Assembly: GCA_964016885.1 (NCBI GenBank)
Contig: OZ024740.1
Location: 379,440,001-379,504,000, forward strand
Origin: Eledone cirrhosa
Lineage: Eukaryota
Direction: 5' to 3'
DNA length: 64,000 bases
Part shown: positions 46,190 to 59,206 of the stretch, piece by piece
How positions within the stretch are numbered: the stretch's first letter is position 1
Layout: each line of letters opens with the position of its first letter
Notes under the pieces: generated by a model
Database searches by the model: none
Seen by the model: the letters and a program-made list of their open reading frames with translations, nothing else
What the model was told of the DNA's origin: nothing
Made by a program: the position numbers and the translations under genes

Positions 46190-47440
46190 AGAACAAAAAA
46201 ATGAAGGAATTGATAAGATCGGAGTACATTCGGAGAGTAAGGAGCGTATTAAAATCACATCTGAACAGTAGGAATTCCATAAGTGCAGTAAATTCCCGAG
46301 CTGTATCTATTATTAGGTACAGTGCGGAAATTCTGAAATGGAATGTTGCTGAACAAAAAGAAATGGATAGGAAGACTAAGAAGCTATTGATTATCTACAA
46401 CATATTCCACAAGAGGAGTGATGTCGATAGACTCTACTTAAGGAGATCTGAAGGTGGAAGAGGTCTTATCAGCATAGAGGACTGTGTTCAGATGGAGAAA
46501 AACAACCTACACAAATACGTGACTGACAGTAGGGAGCCAATGCTCAGAATTATACTGAAGGAGAGGACAATAGACCAGGGGATGTCCAAGGAGGAAAGAG
46601 CAACCTTCATGAAAAATCCCTTCATAGTACCTTCTTTGAGAAAACTGAATTTAGAGATCCACAGACATGGAACTGGTTGAAAAGAGGAGACCTTAAAAAG
46701 GCTACAGAAGGAATGCTAATGACTGCGCAAGAGCGGGCCCTCAAAACGAAGTGGGTGAAACACCATATTTACAAGGAGGAGGCTAGCCCATTGTGTAGGA
46801 TCTGTGGAGAGAGAGAGGAGACTGTGGCTCACATTGTATCCGAGTGTAAACACCTAGCCCAGACTCACTATAAGGGCTGGAGACATGATGTGATGGGCAG
46901 GGTGATCCACTGGCACCTATGCAAAGTAAACAATTTACCACATTCTGAGAAGTGGTATGAGCATAAGCCAGAGTCGGTGATAGAAAACGATCAGGTGAAG
47001 GTGCTGTGGGATTTTAGGATACAGACGGACAAGAAACTGGAACACAATAGGCCTCACCTGGTGGTTTTGGACAAGGAAAAAAGATCGTGCCTGATTGTAG
47101 ATGTAACCTGCCCATTCGACACGAGAGTGCAAGAGAAGGAGAGGGTGAAAATTAACCGATACCAGGACTTAAAGTGGGAGGTAAAAAGGATTCGGATCTA
47201 CCATGAAATCAAAGTGGTCCCGATTATCATAGGCGCACTAGGTACTATCTCAAAGAGTTTCCAAGGATGGTAAAAGAAAATTAGTCCAGCCCTGCTTTTT
47301 AGAACACTTCAAAATGCATGCTTGCTGGGAACAGCAAGAACCCTCCGATACGTCCCGAATATCTGAGGCTGCAGGTAGCTGCTTGATATTCATTTCAACA
47401 AACTTTCCAGTTAAATAACATCAATGACTGAGACTCAAAG
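46190..47440 (+). mobile_element. R4/Dong-type 3' fragment, family A copy 1
   Basis: RLYLRRSEGGRGL, CRICG..H..C, RHD, LWDF, RP(H)LVV..VDVTCP restriction-like endonuclease (RLE); (TAA)n flanks. Confidence 0.9.
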
Positions 47441-47443
47441 AAC

Positions 47444-47483
<40 letters not shown>

Positions 47484-47484
<1 letters not shown>

Positions 47485-48226
47485 CAACATAATAAAAAAT
47501 GGATGCAGCCCATTATGCCGTGTATGTAAAAAACAACCAGAGACCATTGACCATATAATTTCAATGTGCAGTCCTATAGCTCCAACCGAATACCTAAACA
47601 GGCATGACAGAGCTGCACAATACATACATTGGATAATGTGTAAGCATTTTGACCTACCCCATCAAAAGAATTGGTGGGAGCATCAACCATCTCCCATACT
47701 TGAAAAAGATTACATCTCAATCTTGTGGAACTTTAGCATCCAAACAGACCGAAAAATAGATGCAAATAGACCTGATATAATATTGAAGGACTTTCAAAAG
47801 AGGGTATGCCTGCTAATTGATATGTCCGTTCCAATAGACAAGAATGTATCTATAAAAACATTTGAAAAATTGAGCAAGTATAAGGACCTGGAGATAGAAA
47901 TTGGAAAAATGTGGAAATTGAGAACTAAAACAATACCAGTGGTTGTAGGCGCTCTAGGAATGATACCGAAGGGGTCTAATGATTACTTATCGAAAATCCC
48001 AGGAAACCCGCGTATAGGAGAAATACAAAAGATAGTACTTATGGGAACTGCCCATATACTAAGGAAGATTCTGTCAATATAAGTACATCACAAGTCTATA
48101 CACCTAAAGATGCATGTGTGAGTATGTATGTTCTTTCTTGAACATGGCGGACCTTGTTGTCTCTTGAGGTCACTGGTTGTGACTTGGTGATAACTCGTAT
48201 GAACATAAAGCAAGATAAATGCAGCT

Positions 48227-48227
<1 letters not shown>
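47484..48227 (+). mobile_element. R4/Dong-type 3' fragment, family B
   Basis: Nearly identical to 52969-53707; RPDIIL..IDMSVP..KLSKY. Confidence 0.9.
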
Positions 48228-48275
<48 letters not shown>

Positions 48276-48280
<5 letters not shown>

Positions 48281-48998
48281 GCTGCGCAGGAGCAGGCCCT
48301 CAAAACGAAGTGGTTGAAACACCATATTTACAAGGAGGAGGCTAGCCCACTGTGCAGGATCTGTGGAGAGAGAGAGGAGACTGTGGATCACATTGTATCC
48401 GAGTGTAAACACCTAGCCCAGACCCACTATAAGGGCTGGAGACATGATGTGATGGGCAGGGTGATCCACTGGCACCTGTGCAAAGTAAACAATTTACCAC
48501 ATTCTGAGAAATGGTATGAGCATAGGCCAGAGGCGGTGATGGAGAACGATCAGGTGAAGGTGCTGTGGGATTTTAGGATACAGACTGACAAGAAACTGGA
48601 ACACAATAGACCTGACCTGGTGGTTGTGGACAAAGAAAAAAGAGCATGTCTGATTGTGGATGTGGCCTGCCCATTCGACACGAGAGTGCAAGAGAAGGAG
48701 AGGGAGAAAATTAACCGATACCAGGACTTAAAGTGGGAGGTAAAAAGGATTTGGAACTGCCATGAAGTCAAAGTGATCCCGATTGTCATAGGCGCACTGG
48801 GGACTATCTCCAAAAGTTTCCAGGGATGGTTAAAGAAAATCGGCCCCTTCACGCTTTTTGGAACGCTTCAAAATGCATGCTTGCTGGGAACAGCAATAAC
48901 CCTCCGATACGTCCTGAATATCTGAGGCTGCAGGTAGTGGCTTGATATTCATTCCAACGGACTTTCCAGTTAACCAACATCAATGACTGAGATTCAAG

Positions 48999-48999
<1 letters not shown>
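48276..48999 (+). mobile_element. R4/Dong-type 3' fragment, family A copy 2
   Basis: Open CCHC+RLE frame 48278-48925; same 3' UTR as copy 1. Confidence 0.9.
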
Positions 49000-49041
<42 letters not shown>

Positions 49042-49755
49042 GGCAATTTCACCACCACCACCACCAATCCCAGCATGATAATAATAATTACTATTATTAT
49101 TGTCTCAAGTTTTAACAAAATGTTTAATTCCAATTTTACGGGAATATGTCAACACATATATTAAACATACGCGACACAAACGCATAGATTCTACAGATCA
49201 AACAAAACTAGTCTATTCAACAGATATATTAAACATACGAGACACAAACGCACAGATACTACATATCAAAAATACTAGTCCATTCAACAAAACTCAGTAA
49301 CGACAACGCCACCACCGCCACCACTCCATCCATCATTGCTACCACTATCCCATCACCGCCGCCACCACTCCTTCATTGCTACCACCACTATTCCCCTGTT
49401 AACTTAAGAAAGGGGAAGGTGGCGGTATCACTAGACAAGGGAGAGGCTAGCAAAGATATAAATAGATTGACTTAGTGACCTGGCCACCGGCCAAACGTCA
49501 ACAACTATGGCACTGCTGGCTCCCCCCTTCCTCACCAACAATATAAAAAGTCCCAGCACCACGACCGACATAGCCAACAACAATAACAGGCAACTTCAGC
49601 AAAAAGTATATTATATTATTGTAATGCACTGGGTGATTGCTGGCCTTGTGTCTGGAGTGGAGACAATTATTAATAAGTTCATTCTTAAGCCACACAATGC
49701 TCACATTAAGGAACCACTCATGATAAAACAATTTAAAAAAATAACAAAAAACAAA

Positions 49756-52700
49756 ATCCCGTGACCAAGAAATACCGGGATGGCGGCCGGCGGGGAATAG
49801 CCGTGTCTCTAGGGGAGAACGACCCCTCTAGTCTTGGTTGACACTCGTTCTAGAAGTGGTAACACGAAATGATTACCCCTTGGCGGATAAGGATAAAACG
49901 CGACAAAATAAAGTAAATGTCTAATGATAAAATCTCATACCGGATCGGCCGTCACCCGGGTAAAAAAGGGCCGCGTCCCTCAGAGAGGAACCAGACTGGA
50001 GTCGAAAAATCAGCTAATGGTTCAAACCTTCCCATCACTTCGGAGCTGGAGACCTCCCATAACCGGAATACTCCTACTGTTGGCCCTCCATGCTCACCAC
50101 CAAGAAATCCAAAGAAAAAAAGAGAAAAATGGTCAAGGGAAGATAATAAAGAAGTCCTTGAGGCTTTCTACACTGCCATGTACTACCCATCAAATACATC
50201 GAATACAGAACAGACATATATCAACTGGAAAAAGAAACATCCCGAAAACAGAGGCTATATTGACAGTAACAAACTAGCCAATATACGAAGAAATATTGTA
50301 AAAAAAAAGTTACTAACTAATATAGAAATTGATCAGATCAAGCTATTAGCACAAAGTCAGCGAAGGGAAAATGAAACATATGTCAGTGAAAACGAGGTAA
50401 ATTGTAACACTTTGAATACCAGGGTTGGGGCGGAATCACTGGCAACAGAACAAATTAAAGAAAGGATCGAAAAAGTGGAGGGAGTGCATGCTCAAGATGA
50501 AACCCCAAATGAAAATAATGAGATCGTAAATGATAAAGAAATGAATGAGAATGAACTTGCCAACTTGAAGGATGAAATTATGATCGAATGGATGAAAATG
50601 AAAGAATCTGACATGGGGCAACGAGACACCCTCCCTAAGATCCAGAACTCCAAACAGAACCAAAAGATAATACACAAGACTAACATAATTCTCAAAAACA
50701 TTATCATCACAAACAAACTAAACATTACTGATTTAAATCATCTCTATTATGCATCGGCTAAAGTCACCACTCACTTATGTGGAGTGAAGATGAAAAAACA
50801 AAGGAATTCCCACAAGAAATCTACTTGGCAAGAGAACATCAATCGCCAAATAAACCTTCTCCGATCTGACATAGAAATTTTAACAAACTATAAATTAGGT
50901 GAACATGTTAAACAAACTAAACTTAGAAAATTGAAAAGAAAGTACAGTATAAAATCAACAAGTGACATAGACATGCTGATAGAAATAATCAAGCAAAAAG
51001 TGTCGGCCAAAGCTGCTCGTATAAGGCGCTTTGAAAAACGATCTAGATTCTATAAGGACAATAATATGTTCAAAAACAACCAAAGAAACTTCTACAGAAA
51101 AATTGGTAAGTCAACAATATCTGCTAAATCAATACCACCCAAGGAGGAAGTGCAAGAATTCTGGGAAAAGATCTGGGCCGAAGAAAAAGTTCATAACATA
51201 CATGCCCCATGGATAGACAGACAAATGAAAGATACAGCTCACCTTGAGGAACAAACATGGGAAAATATAACAGTTGAACAGTTGCGCTTGGCTCTAAGAA
51301 AAACCAGCAAATGTAAATCCCCAGGAAAAGACAAAATACAAAATGTTTGGATAAATGCCTTCACAGAGTCTCATGAACTGTTAGCCCAACTTTACAATGA
51401 AATAGTTAAGGAGCCAGAAAAGATACCATCATGGCTAGTTAACGGCATTACATTCCTGCTTCCGAAGAATGATGAGACAAACAATCCCAAAAATTACAGA
51501 CCGATAACTTGCTTGACCACAATGTATAAAATTTTAACATCAGTCCTAACTGAATACACATATGACCACCTGATAACAAATGACCTATTTCCCATTGAGC
51601 AGAAAGGGTGTAAACGAGGCTCATATGGCTGTAAGGATCAGCTTTTGGTTAACAAAATGATACTGGAAGATTGTCATAATAGACACAAAAATCTATCAAT
51701 TGCTTGGATAGATTATAAAAAAGCATTCGATAGTTTGCCACACAGTTGGATTGAAAAATGTTTAGAGATTTTCAAAATATCCCCCGTTGTCAGGAGGTTT
51801 TTGTCATTCAGTATGAAGACATCGAAAACGACACTCCTTTTGAATAGTGAAACAAAATCACTTGAAGCTGGAGAAGTTAATATTAATTGTGGAATTTTTC
51901 AGGGTGACTCTTTATCACCGCTTTTATTCTGCATCGCACTTATACCATTAAGTAAAATGCTCAATGAAACAAAACATGGATATAAAGTCTATGACAAAAC
52001 CATTAATCACTTGTTCTACATGGACGACCTGAAACTATTTACAAAAAATGATGAACAATTGCAAGGGCTATTATCCACTGTGAAGCAGTTCAGTGATGAC
52101 ATTAAAATGGAGTTTGGACTAGATAAATGCGCCAAAGCAACGTTCACCAGAGGAAAGCTGCTGAAGAGTTCAGACATTAATCTTGATCAGGGGAACGGGA
52201 TAAGAGAACTTGATCAAGAAAAAACTTACAAATATCTAGGTGTTTGTGAAGGAGACGGAATCAAGCACTCGACAATGAGGGAAAGGATAAGGAAGGAATG
52301 TTACCGCAGAGTAAGAGCAATCTTAAGAACGGAATTGAATGCAAGGAATAGGATCGATGCCATAAACACGCTTGCCATACCAGTAATAACCTACAGTTAC
52401 AATGTCATCAACTGGTCAAGCACAGAGATCCGTAGGCTCGATACAAAAATTCGAAAATTCTTAACCATGCACAGAATGCATCACCCTAAGGCAGACATAG
52501 ATAGAATATATCTCCCTAGGAAAGAAGGAGGACGTGGGTTAATCCAGTTAGACATTGCGTTGAAAACTGCAACAATTGGATTATCTACATATCTAAGGGG
52601 ATCACATGATTGGATGATCAAACTCGTTTTGAAACACGAAAGCACCAAAAGAACATATTCCATTACAAAAGATGCACAAAGATACAGTCATGGACTACAA

Positions 52701-53707
52701 ATTTCAGAAGTCCCATTTACTGCTGAAATGGAAAACACAGAAAAAGCAAAGCAGGTAAAAGTAACTGCAAAGAAAGAACTGCTACAGAAACTGGCTAAGA
52801 AATGGCAAGAAAAGCCTCTGTATGGAAAATACCCAGAGCGAGCTAACAATCCTGATGTTGACAAAACTTTAACCCATCAGTGGTTGGCATCCTCTGGACT
52901 GAAATCGGAGACTGAAGGACTGATTATATCGGCACAAGATCAGTGTCTGCCAACAAAAAATTACCAAGCCAACATAATAAAAAATGGATGCAGCCCATTA
53001 TGCCGTGTATGTAAAAAAACAACCAGAGACCACATATAATTTCAATGTGCAGTCCTATAGCTCCAACCGAATACCTAAACAGGCATGACAGAGCTGCACA
53101 ATACATACATTGGATAATGTGTAAGCATTTTGACCTGCCCCATCAAAAGAATTGGTAGGAGCATCAACCACCTCCCATACTTGAAAAAGATCACATCTTA
53201 ATCTTGTGGAACTTTAGCATCCAAACAGACCGAAAAATAGATGCAAACAGACCTGATATAATATTGAAAGACTTTCAAAAGAGGGTATGCCTGCTAATTG
53301 ATATGTCCGTTCCAATAGACAAGAATGTATCTATAAAAACATTTGAAAAATTGAGCAAGTATAAGGACCTGGAGATAGAAATTGGAAAAATGTGGAAATT
53401 GAGAACTAAAACAATACCAGTGGTTGTAGGCGCTCTGGGAATGATACCTAAGGGGGCTAACGATTACTTATCGCAAATCCCAGGAAACCCGCGTATAGGA
53501 GAAATACAAAAGATAGTACTAATGGGAACTGCCCATATACTAAGGAAGATTCTGTCAATATAAATACATCACAAGTCTAAACACTAAAGATGCATGTGTG
53601 AATATGTATGCTCTTTCTTGAACATGGCGGACCTTGTTGTCTCTTGAGGTCACTGGTTGTGACTTGGTGATAACTCGTATGAACATAAAGCAAGATAAAT
53701 GCAACTG
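49756..53707 (+). mobile_element. Full-length R4/Dong-type retrotransposon, family B (inactivated in the CCHC/RLE region)
   Basis: ORF 49917-53039 (KSPGKD, NYRPITCL, WIDYKKAFDS, GIFQGDSLSP, FYMDD, GGRGL); 5-bp deletion ~53032 and TAG ~53156 relative to the 47484 copy; RLE to 53563; followed by (TAA)n. Confidence 0.92.
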
Positions 53708-53726
53708 TAATAATAATAATAATAAT

Positions 53727-54870
53727 AAAACTTGTTGAAAAGCATGAGAGAAGTAAGAAGCTTCATTCTATCTTGAAGGAGAGCAACAAATATGCTACTG
53801 ATCTCATGCTTGATACCAGGCTGGACAGACTAAAGAAACTGTTGCAACTGATGCTGCTAGGCACATAAAATCACTGGCAATAGCAAAAGAGCAAGGACAA
53901 TTAGTATCAAATTGGGAGCAGAAACCTCTGCATGGCAAATATGTGGCCCGTAGCAAACAAGCTGATGTTGACCAAAAGCACACCCATCAGTGGCTACGTA
54001 GTTCAGGGCTAAAGGCGAAGAGTGAAGGCTTCATCTTAACTGGCCAATATCAAAGCTTATTGACTCGTAATTACCAGGCCAATGTGATGAGAAACGGAAT
54101 AAACCCAAAGTGCCGATTCTGCAATGCTGAGGTTGAAACAGTGGATCACTTAGTCTCTGGATGTAAAGTTTTAGCACCAGTAGAATACAAATATAGACAT
54201 GACAGAGTTGGCCAATATCTACACTGGGTAATATGTCGGCATTACAAAATCAAAGCTGAAGACAAGTGGTACAACCATCACCCTGAGGCTGTGACTGAAG
54301 GAGAAAAAGTAACAATTCTCTGGGACTTTCCTGTACATACTGACAGGACCATAAAAGCAACTAGACCTGACATCATTGTAAAATATCAACATAACAAGGT
54401 CTGCTTATTGATAGATATGAGCATCCCATGTGATCACATTTTCGCGGCAAAAGAATTTGACAAGCTACGAAAATATAAAGATCTGCTTATTGAAATTGAG
54501 AAAATGTGGCACCTTAAGGCCGTTACAATACCAGTGATTGTGGAAGGTTTGGGAATGATCAAGAAAGGAACAGAACAATATTTGTGAATGATTCCTGGTT
54601 TACCATCTCTGCACGAGGTGCAAAAAATTGTTTTGACTGGTGCTGCAAACGTATTGAGAAGAGCACTATCTCTGTAAGATTGTTATCCCTCCTTATATTT
54701 ACATATGCATATGCACATGTGTATATATGTATACTGTTTTTTGGTTTTTTTTCAATTATAATCAATGTGCTGTATTAACTGGCTTACCAATGCACACTGA
54801 ATTTATTTGCCCTAGGTGTCAGGAAGACACTCGGCATATATCTCAGAAACAATAATGAAAGAAAATAAAA
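53727..54870 (+). mobile_element. R4/Dong-type 3' fragment, family C (more decayed)
   Basis: HQWLRSSGLK, CRFC..DHLVSGC, RHD, RPDII..IDMSIP. Confidence 0.85.
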
Positions 54871-54880
54871 ATAATAATAA

Positions 54881-55064
54881 GTGTTTTTACTTTTTGGCAC
54901 AAGGCCAGCAATTACCCAGTACATTTCTGGTACTTTATTTTATCGACCCCATAAGGATGAAAGGCAAAGTCAACCTCGGCGGGATTTGAACTCAGATCGT
55001 AAAGGGACGTAACTATGCTGGAAAGCATGGCGTCCGACCTTCTACCGATACTGCCAATTCACCG
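54881..55064 (-). mobile_element. tRNA-derived SINE, family 1
   Basis: Reverse complement of the 13408 family. Confidence 0.85.
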
Positions 55065-55099
55065 ATAATAATAATAATAATAACAACGGCGATGATGAT

Positions 55100-58095
55100 G
55101 ATGGAGATGATGATAATTCTAATTCTTTTGCGATTTCCTCCAACGATTTCCTCCACCTAAAAGCATTCTACCCTCAACAAAAGGTAGTAGGCAACCGCAG
55201 CGCCCCGTTGCTGCCAGCATCAGGGCCCCAACAACAACAAAAGCAAAGGCGAACAACAACAACAACAACTCCAACGGCACCAGTAGCACAGCGAAAGTAG
55301 TACCAACTCCTGAGACAGAGCCAGCTTCACCACCCCCATCACCACCACCAGCGCCTCAGAAAGGAGCACCAGAGGAAGAGAGCATCAATGAACCCAGCTA
55401 GAGGTCTCCCAACTCAGATCTCTCTCTCTCTCCCTTTTCCCTTCTTCCATATACATGCATACATTAACACTCACACACACACACACACAGATCCGAGTAT
55501 GAACTTTCTGACACCGATACCCCTTCGTCCAGGGGTGAAGATTAGATAGAACCACCCCAAAACAGAAAAAAAAGAGACAGAAAAAAAAACATCCTGTATC
55601 ACCCCAGACAAGGCAATAAATACACCCAAACCAAACACTAACACATCCGCAACAACACAATTTCCACCACCAACGAGAACAAAAACATTACCACAACTAG
55701 GACCAGAACCCACAACAAAAGGAAAATTCACACAAGCACAACACAAACATTCAAATACCTGACCACACACATACATCAAACTTCGTGTTACTGCCGAGAT
55801 CAAATGAACAAAATCATATTCTTCATAGCTCAAAACAAAGACATAGAAAGAGAAGTGGGAAGCTTCAGTACTAGCACCGTGAAGCTAAAAATAATTAAAG
55901 TACAACTAGAAACACAACATTTTGAGGGAGAGCTTCCGTCATAACATCGAAACCCCGAGTGTCACAGCCACTAGCAAGCTTCTAGGTGACTTCCCAAAGG
56001 ACACCCAAACTGACATGGTGTTCAAACAACCCGATTTCCAAGAGCACTAAAAAGGGTCAATCTCCAAAGGCACATATTATTTTGGCAGTGCCCACAACTA
56101 GCCAGAAAAGCGGGTCAACTATCCTGTCTACACATAAATAAGGTATGTAGTCTTTCCTTCATTTTCCTCTTCATCGTTAAATATGGCCTGGGGTCGTCTT
56201 TGAAGCAAGGTCACATGCTCAACCACCTCAGATCACTGAACATTGATGAGGTGACCATCTGTGAGACCAGAATTTCAAAAGCAGGAAATTTCGCACCCAG
56301 TTCAACGTCTACAAGGTGTATGCATCTTCAAGCCGTCCGGGATCTGGGAGTGGATTCGTTGTGTTGTGGGATCACACTATACGGACCATCTTCCTGGATC
56401 CAGAAGGTAATGTGATGGCCTGAATTCTTCAGGCGACTGGAGAACTTTCTAGGAACGTACTGCTCTTTAGAGCTAGTGAGCGACTGAAACGGTATCTTGA
56501 ACTCACGCTGGGACTGCGTGGGTCTAGCAGATAGGGGAGGAGGGAATGAAAGCCTCGCTAGCCTACTCAGAGCTTTCCAACTCTCTGACAAGTACTGACT
56601 GTATTTTCCGAATGGTCAAATCGCATCGGGTCATCCAGATTGTATCTAGATAGGATATTCTGTAGGAAAGTATATAAATCTGTGATCTGTATGCTTGACT
56701 TAGATAGGCTTCATAAACAGGGAACCGGTTATTAGAAGCTGAACACGTCGTTCTCGGTGTGCGAAGATTACAAAAGCCGGTTTAGTGAAGTAATTAAGCG
56801 GGCTTTAACAGAGGCAATCAACAACAACAGATGAGAGTTCGCTCTGAAAAGAGCAGTTAGAGTAGAATCGATAAAGTTTAGTAAAGGAGTAGCGATAGAG
56901 AGAACTAGACTAGACGGAAAACTAGTTAGAAAGCTAGAAGAAGCCCTTCGGAAAGGCATCGCAGCCAACGTGCTCGCTGCGAGATTAGCACTCGACCAAT
57001 TCATGAATTCAAAGAGACGCAGTCAGAGCTAGTGCACATGCTTTTCGACACGAGGTGACCAAAGCTGCTTGATGGGCCCGAGTGGCGGAGGTGCAATGTG
57101 GCAAAAAAGCCACAACCCTGTCTTTGGTGGACCAAGACGGGCACATGGAACTCGATCCCAAGCAGATGTATGTGGTTTTCAGCTGCACTTCGCACAAATG
57201 TTCGTGAGTAGTGGCGGACTGGATCGAGGCATGGATTTCAGTACCTACCACGACGGCCTGCCGCAGCTTTTTGTGAGGGAGGCGGAGTGTTTCAAAAAGC
57301 CGATAACAGCCGATGAAATATGAGACATGAGGACTAGCTGCATGAGGGGACGAGCTTTACGCAAACATGCCAGACATTTTGGGCACATCTTAGCGGACCT
57401 CTACGCCAACAAGCAGCAGAACGGGAAAATTCCCAGTTCTGTAAACCAAGGGGCGGTGACACGGCTGAGAAAGGATCCGAACAAGGGGGACCATATAGGC
57501 AATTTAAGTCCCATAACTCTGCTAAATGCAGAGTTTAAAATTTTGACAAAGGTGTTAGCGACAAGGTTGACGCTTGTCATCAGTGATCTGTAGGAAAGGT
57601 TGAAACATGCGCCATTCTGAATAGATCCATCCACGATAACCCCCACCTTATGCGCTGCATCTTAGTGAAGGTGTCTAATGTACCTGGCACGGGTAGGGTC
57701 CTGATCAACTTACATCGATCGAAACCTTACGATAGGGTCGACAATAAGTACTTGGTGGCAGTCCTCAAGGCAGCCTATTTCGGCCCCGTCTTCAGAAGAT
57801 GGATCGCTGCAATGCGCAGCGATATTTGTTATTTGGTCTGAGTTAACAGCTATGTCTTGGAACCGTTCAACATCATGCGTTCGGTCCACCAAGTTTGTCC
57901 CCTCTTGTTTCTGTTGTAAGTATTGCTTCTTTAACCACTACTACATAAATTAGAGACGTCGAACTAGGATGTGGGAGGTTCGTGTTAGCATATGCCGACG
58001 ACCTCACCGTAGTGGTGTCGAGTTGCAAACATATGGGGTTGGTCGGGACCGCTCTCTGGGTATACGAAGCGATAACAGGAACAGAAGTTAACCAG
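55100..58095 (+). mobile_element. Decayed Tx1-type LINE related to 40122-46134
   Basis: KQGHMLNHLRSLNID, QQNGKIPSSV, PITLLNAEFKIL, YADD fragments collinear with the intact ORF2; many stops; Pro/Gln/Thr ORF1-like remnant upstream. Confidence 0.85.
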
Positions 58096-58891
58096 CAATG
58101 TTCCTGTATTGACAACCACTGTCACCACAGCCACCAATATCATCATTGCTACAACAACGAAATTTAACATTACGATTAGCTACAACAACAGCATGAAGAA
58201 CACTAGTAACAGAGACGAAAGTACAAATCCAAAAGCAACATAATTTTGTTAAATAGCAATCAGAACCCCCCATTAAAAGCAAAAATATCGCCGACAGAAA
58301 CAATAAAAACAGCTCTCATGACAATAGTATGAATAACAACAATAATTAAATCTTCACCACTACTACAACAGTCACACTCCTGCAATCGATACTGCAGCTA
58401 ACAATTCGAATAATGAAAATAACATTGACAACAAAGATTCATTCGAAGCTATGACAGCAAAAAACTCAAAATTTCGTCTGTCCCACCAAAATTGGGCACT
58501 GAGAGATTCTGGCTTGTGTTGTCCTTGAAGACGTAAAGAAAATTGGTCTGGTATCACTTTAGAGATCCTTCTCTAGGTCAAATCAAAGCGCCGAGAAAAG
58601 ATTCCATCCTTATTCGTTTGTTCATGGAGTGGAGATGTGTGTCGTGTCGTGTTTGAGAGCAGAAAAACATGATGTCATTTGGAAAATTAACGAAGTTAGA
58701 ACGTCGGATAGAATTCCTCTCAGTATTTTTCTTGGATTTCTACGCTCTGAGTTGAAATTTTGCCGAGGTCAGCATTGCCTTTCGTCATACCGGGATCGAT
58801 AAATAAAGTACCAGTCAAGTACTAAGTTGATTCTTCACTCGCCCTCATCTCTCTCTATATATACACACACACACATACACACACACACACA

Positions 58892-58979
<88 letters not shown>

Positions 58980-59206
58980 CACCCTGTATATATAATATAC
59001 GAATCGGCTTCGTTAGCTACGCTAAGAGAAAGTCGTAGAAGACCACACATAACGTCCCTTTGTCCGAAAATAGAGAAAAGGTTTAGTGGGAGATACCAAC
59101 TTCTACTCAGAAAAACTGATATGCTACAGAGACCACCAACGGAGCAATGATATATATAGAGAGAGTTAAATCTACATTGCATTACACAAAACACTTTTAT
59201 CCAACA

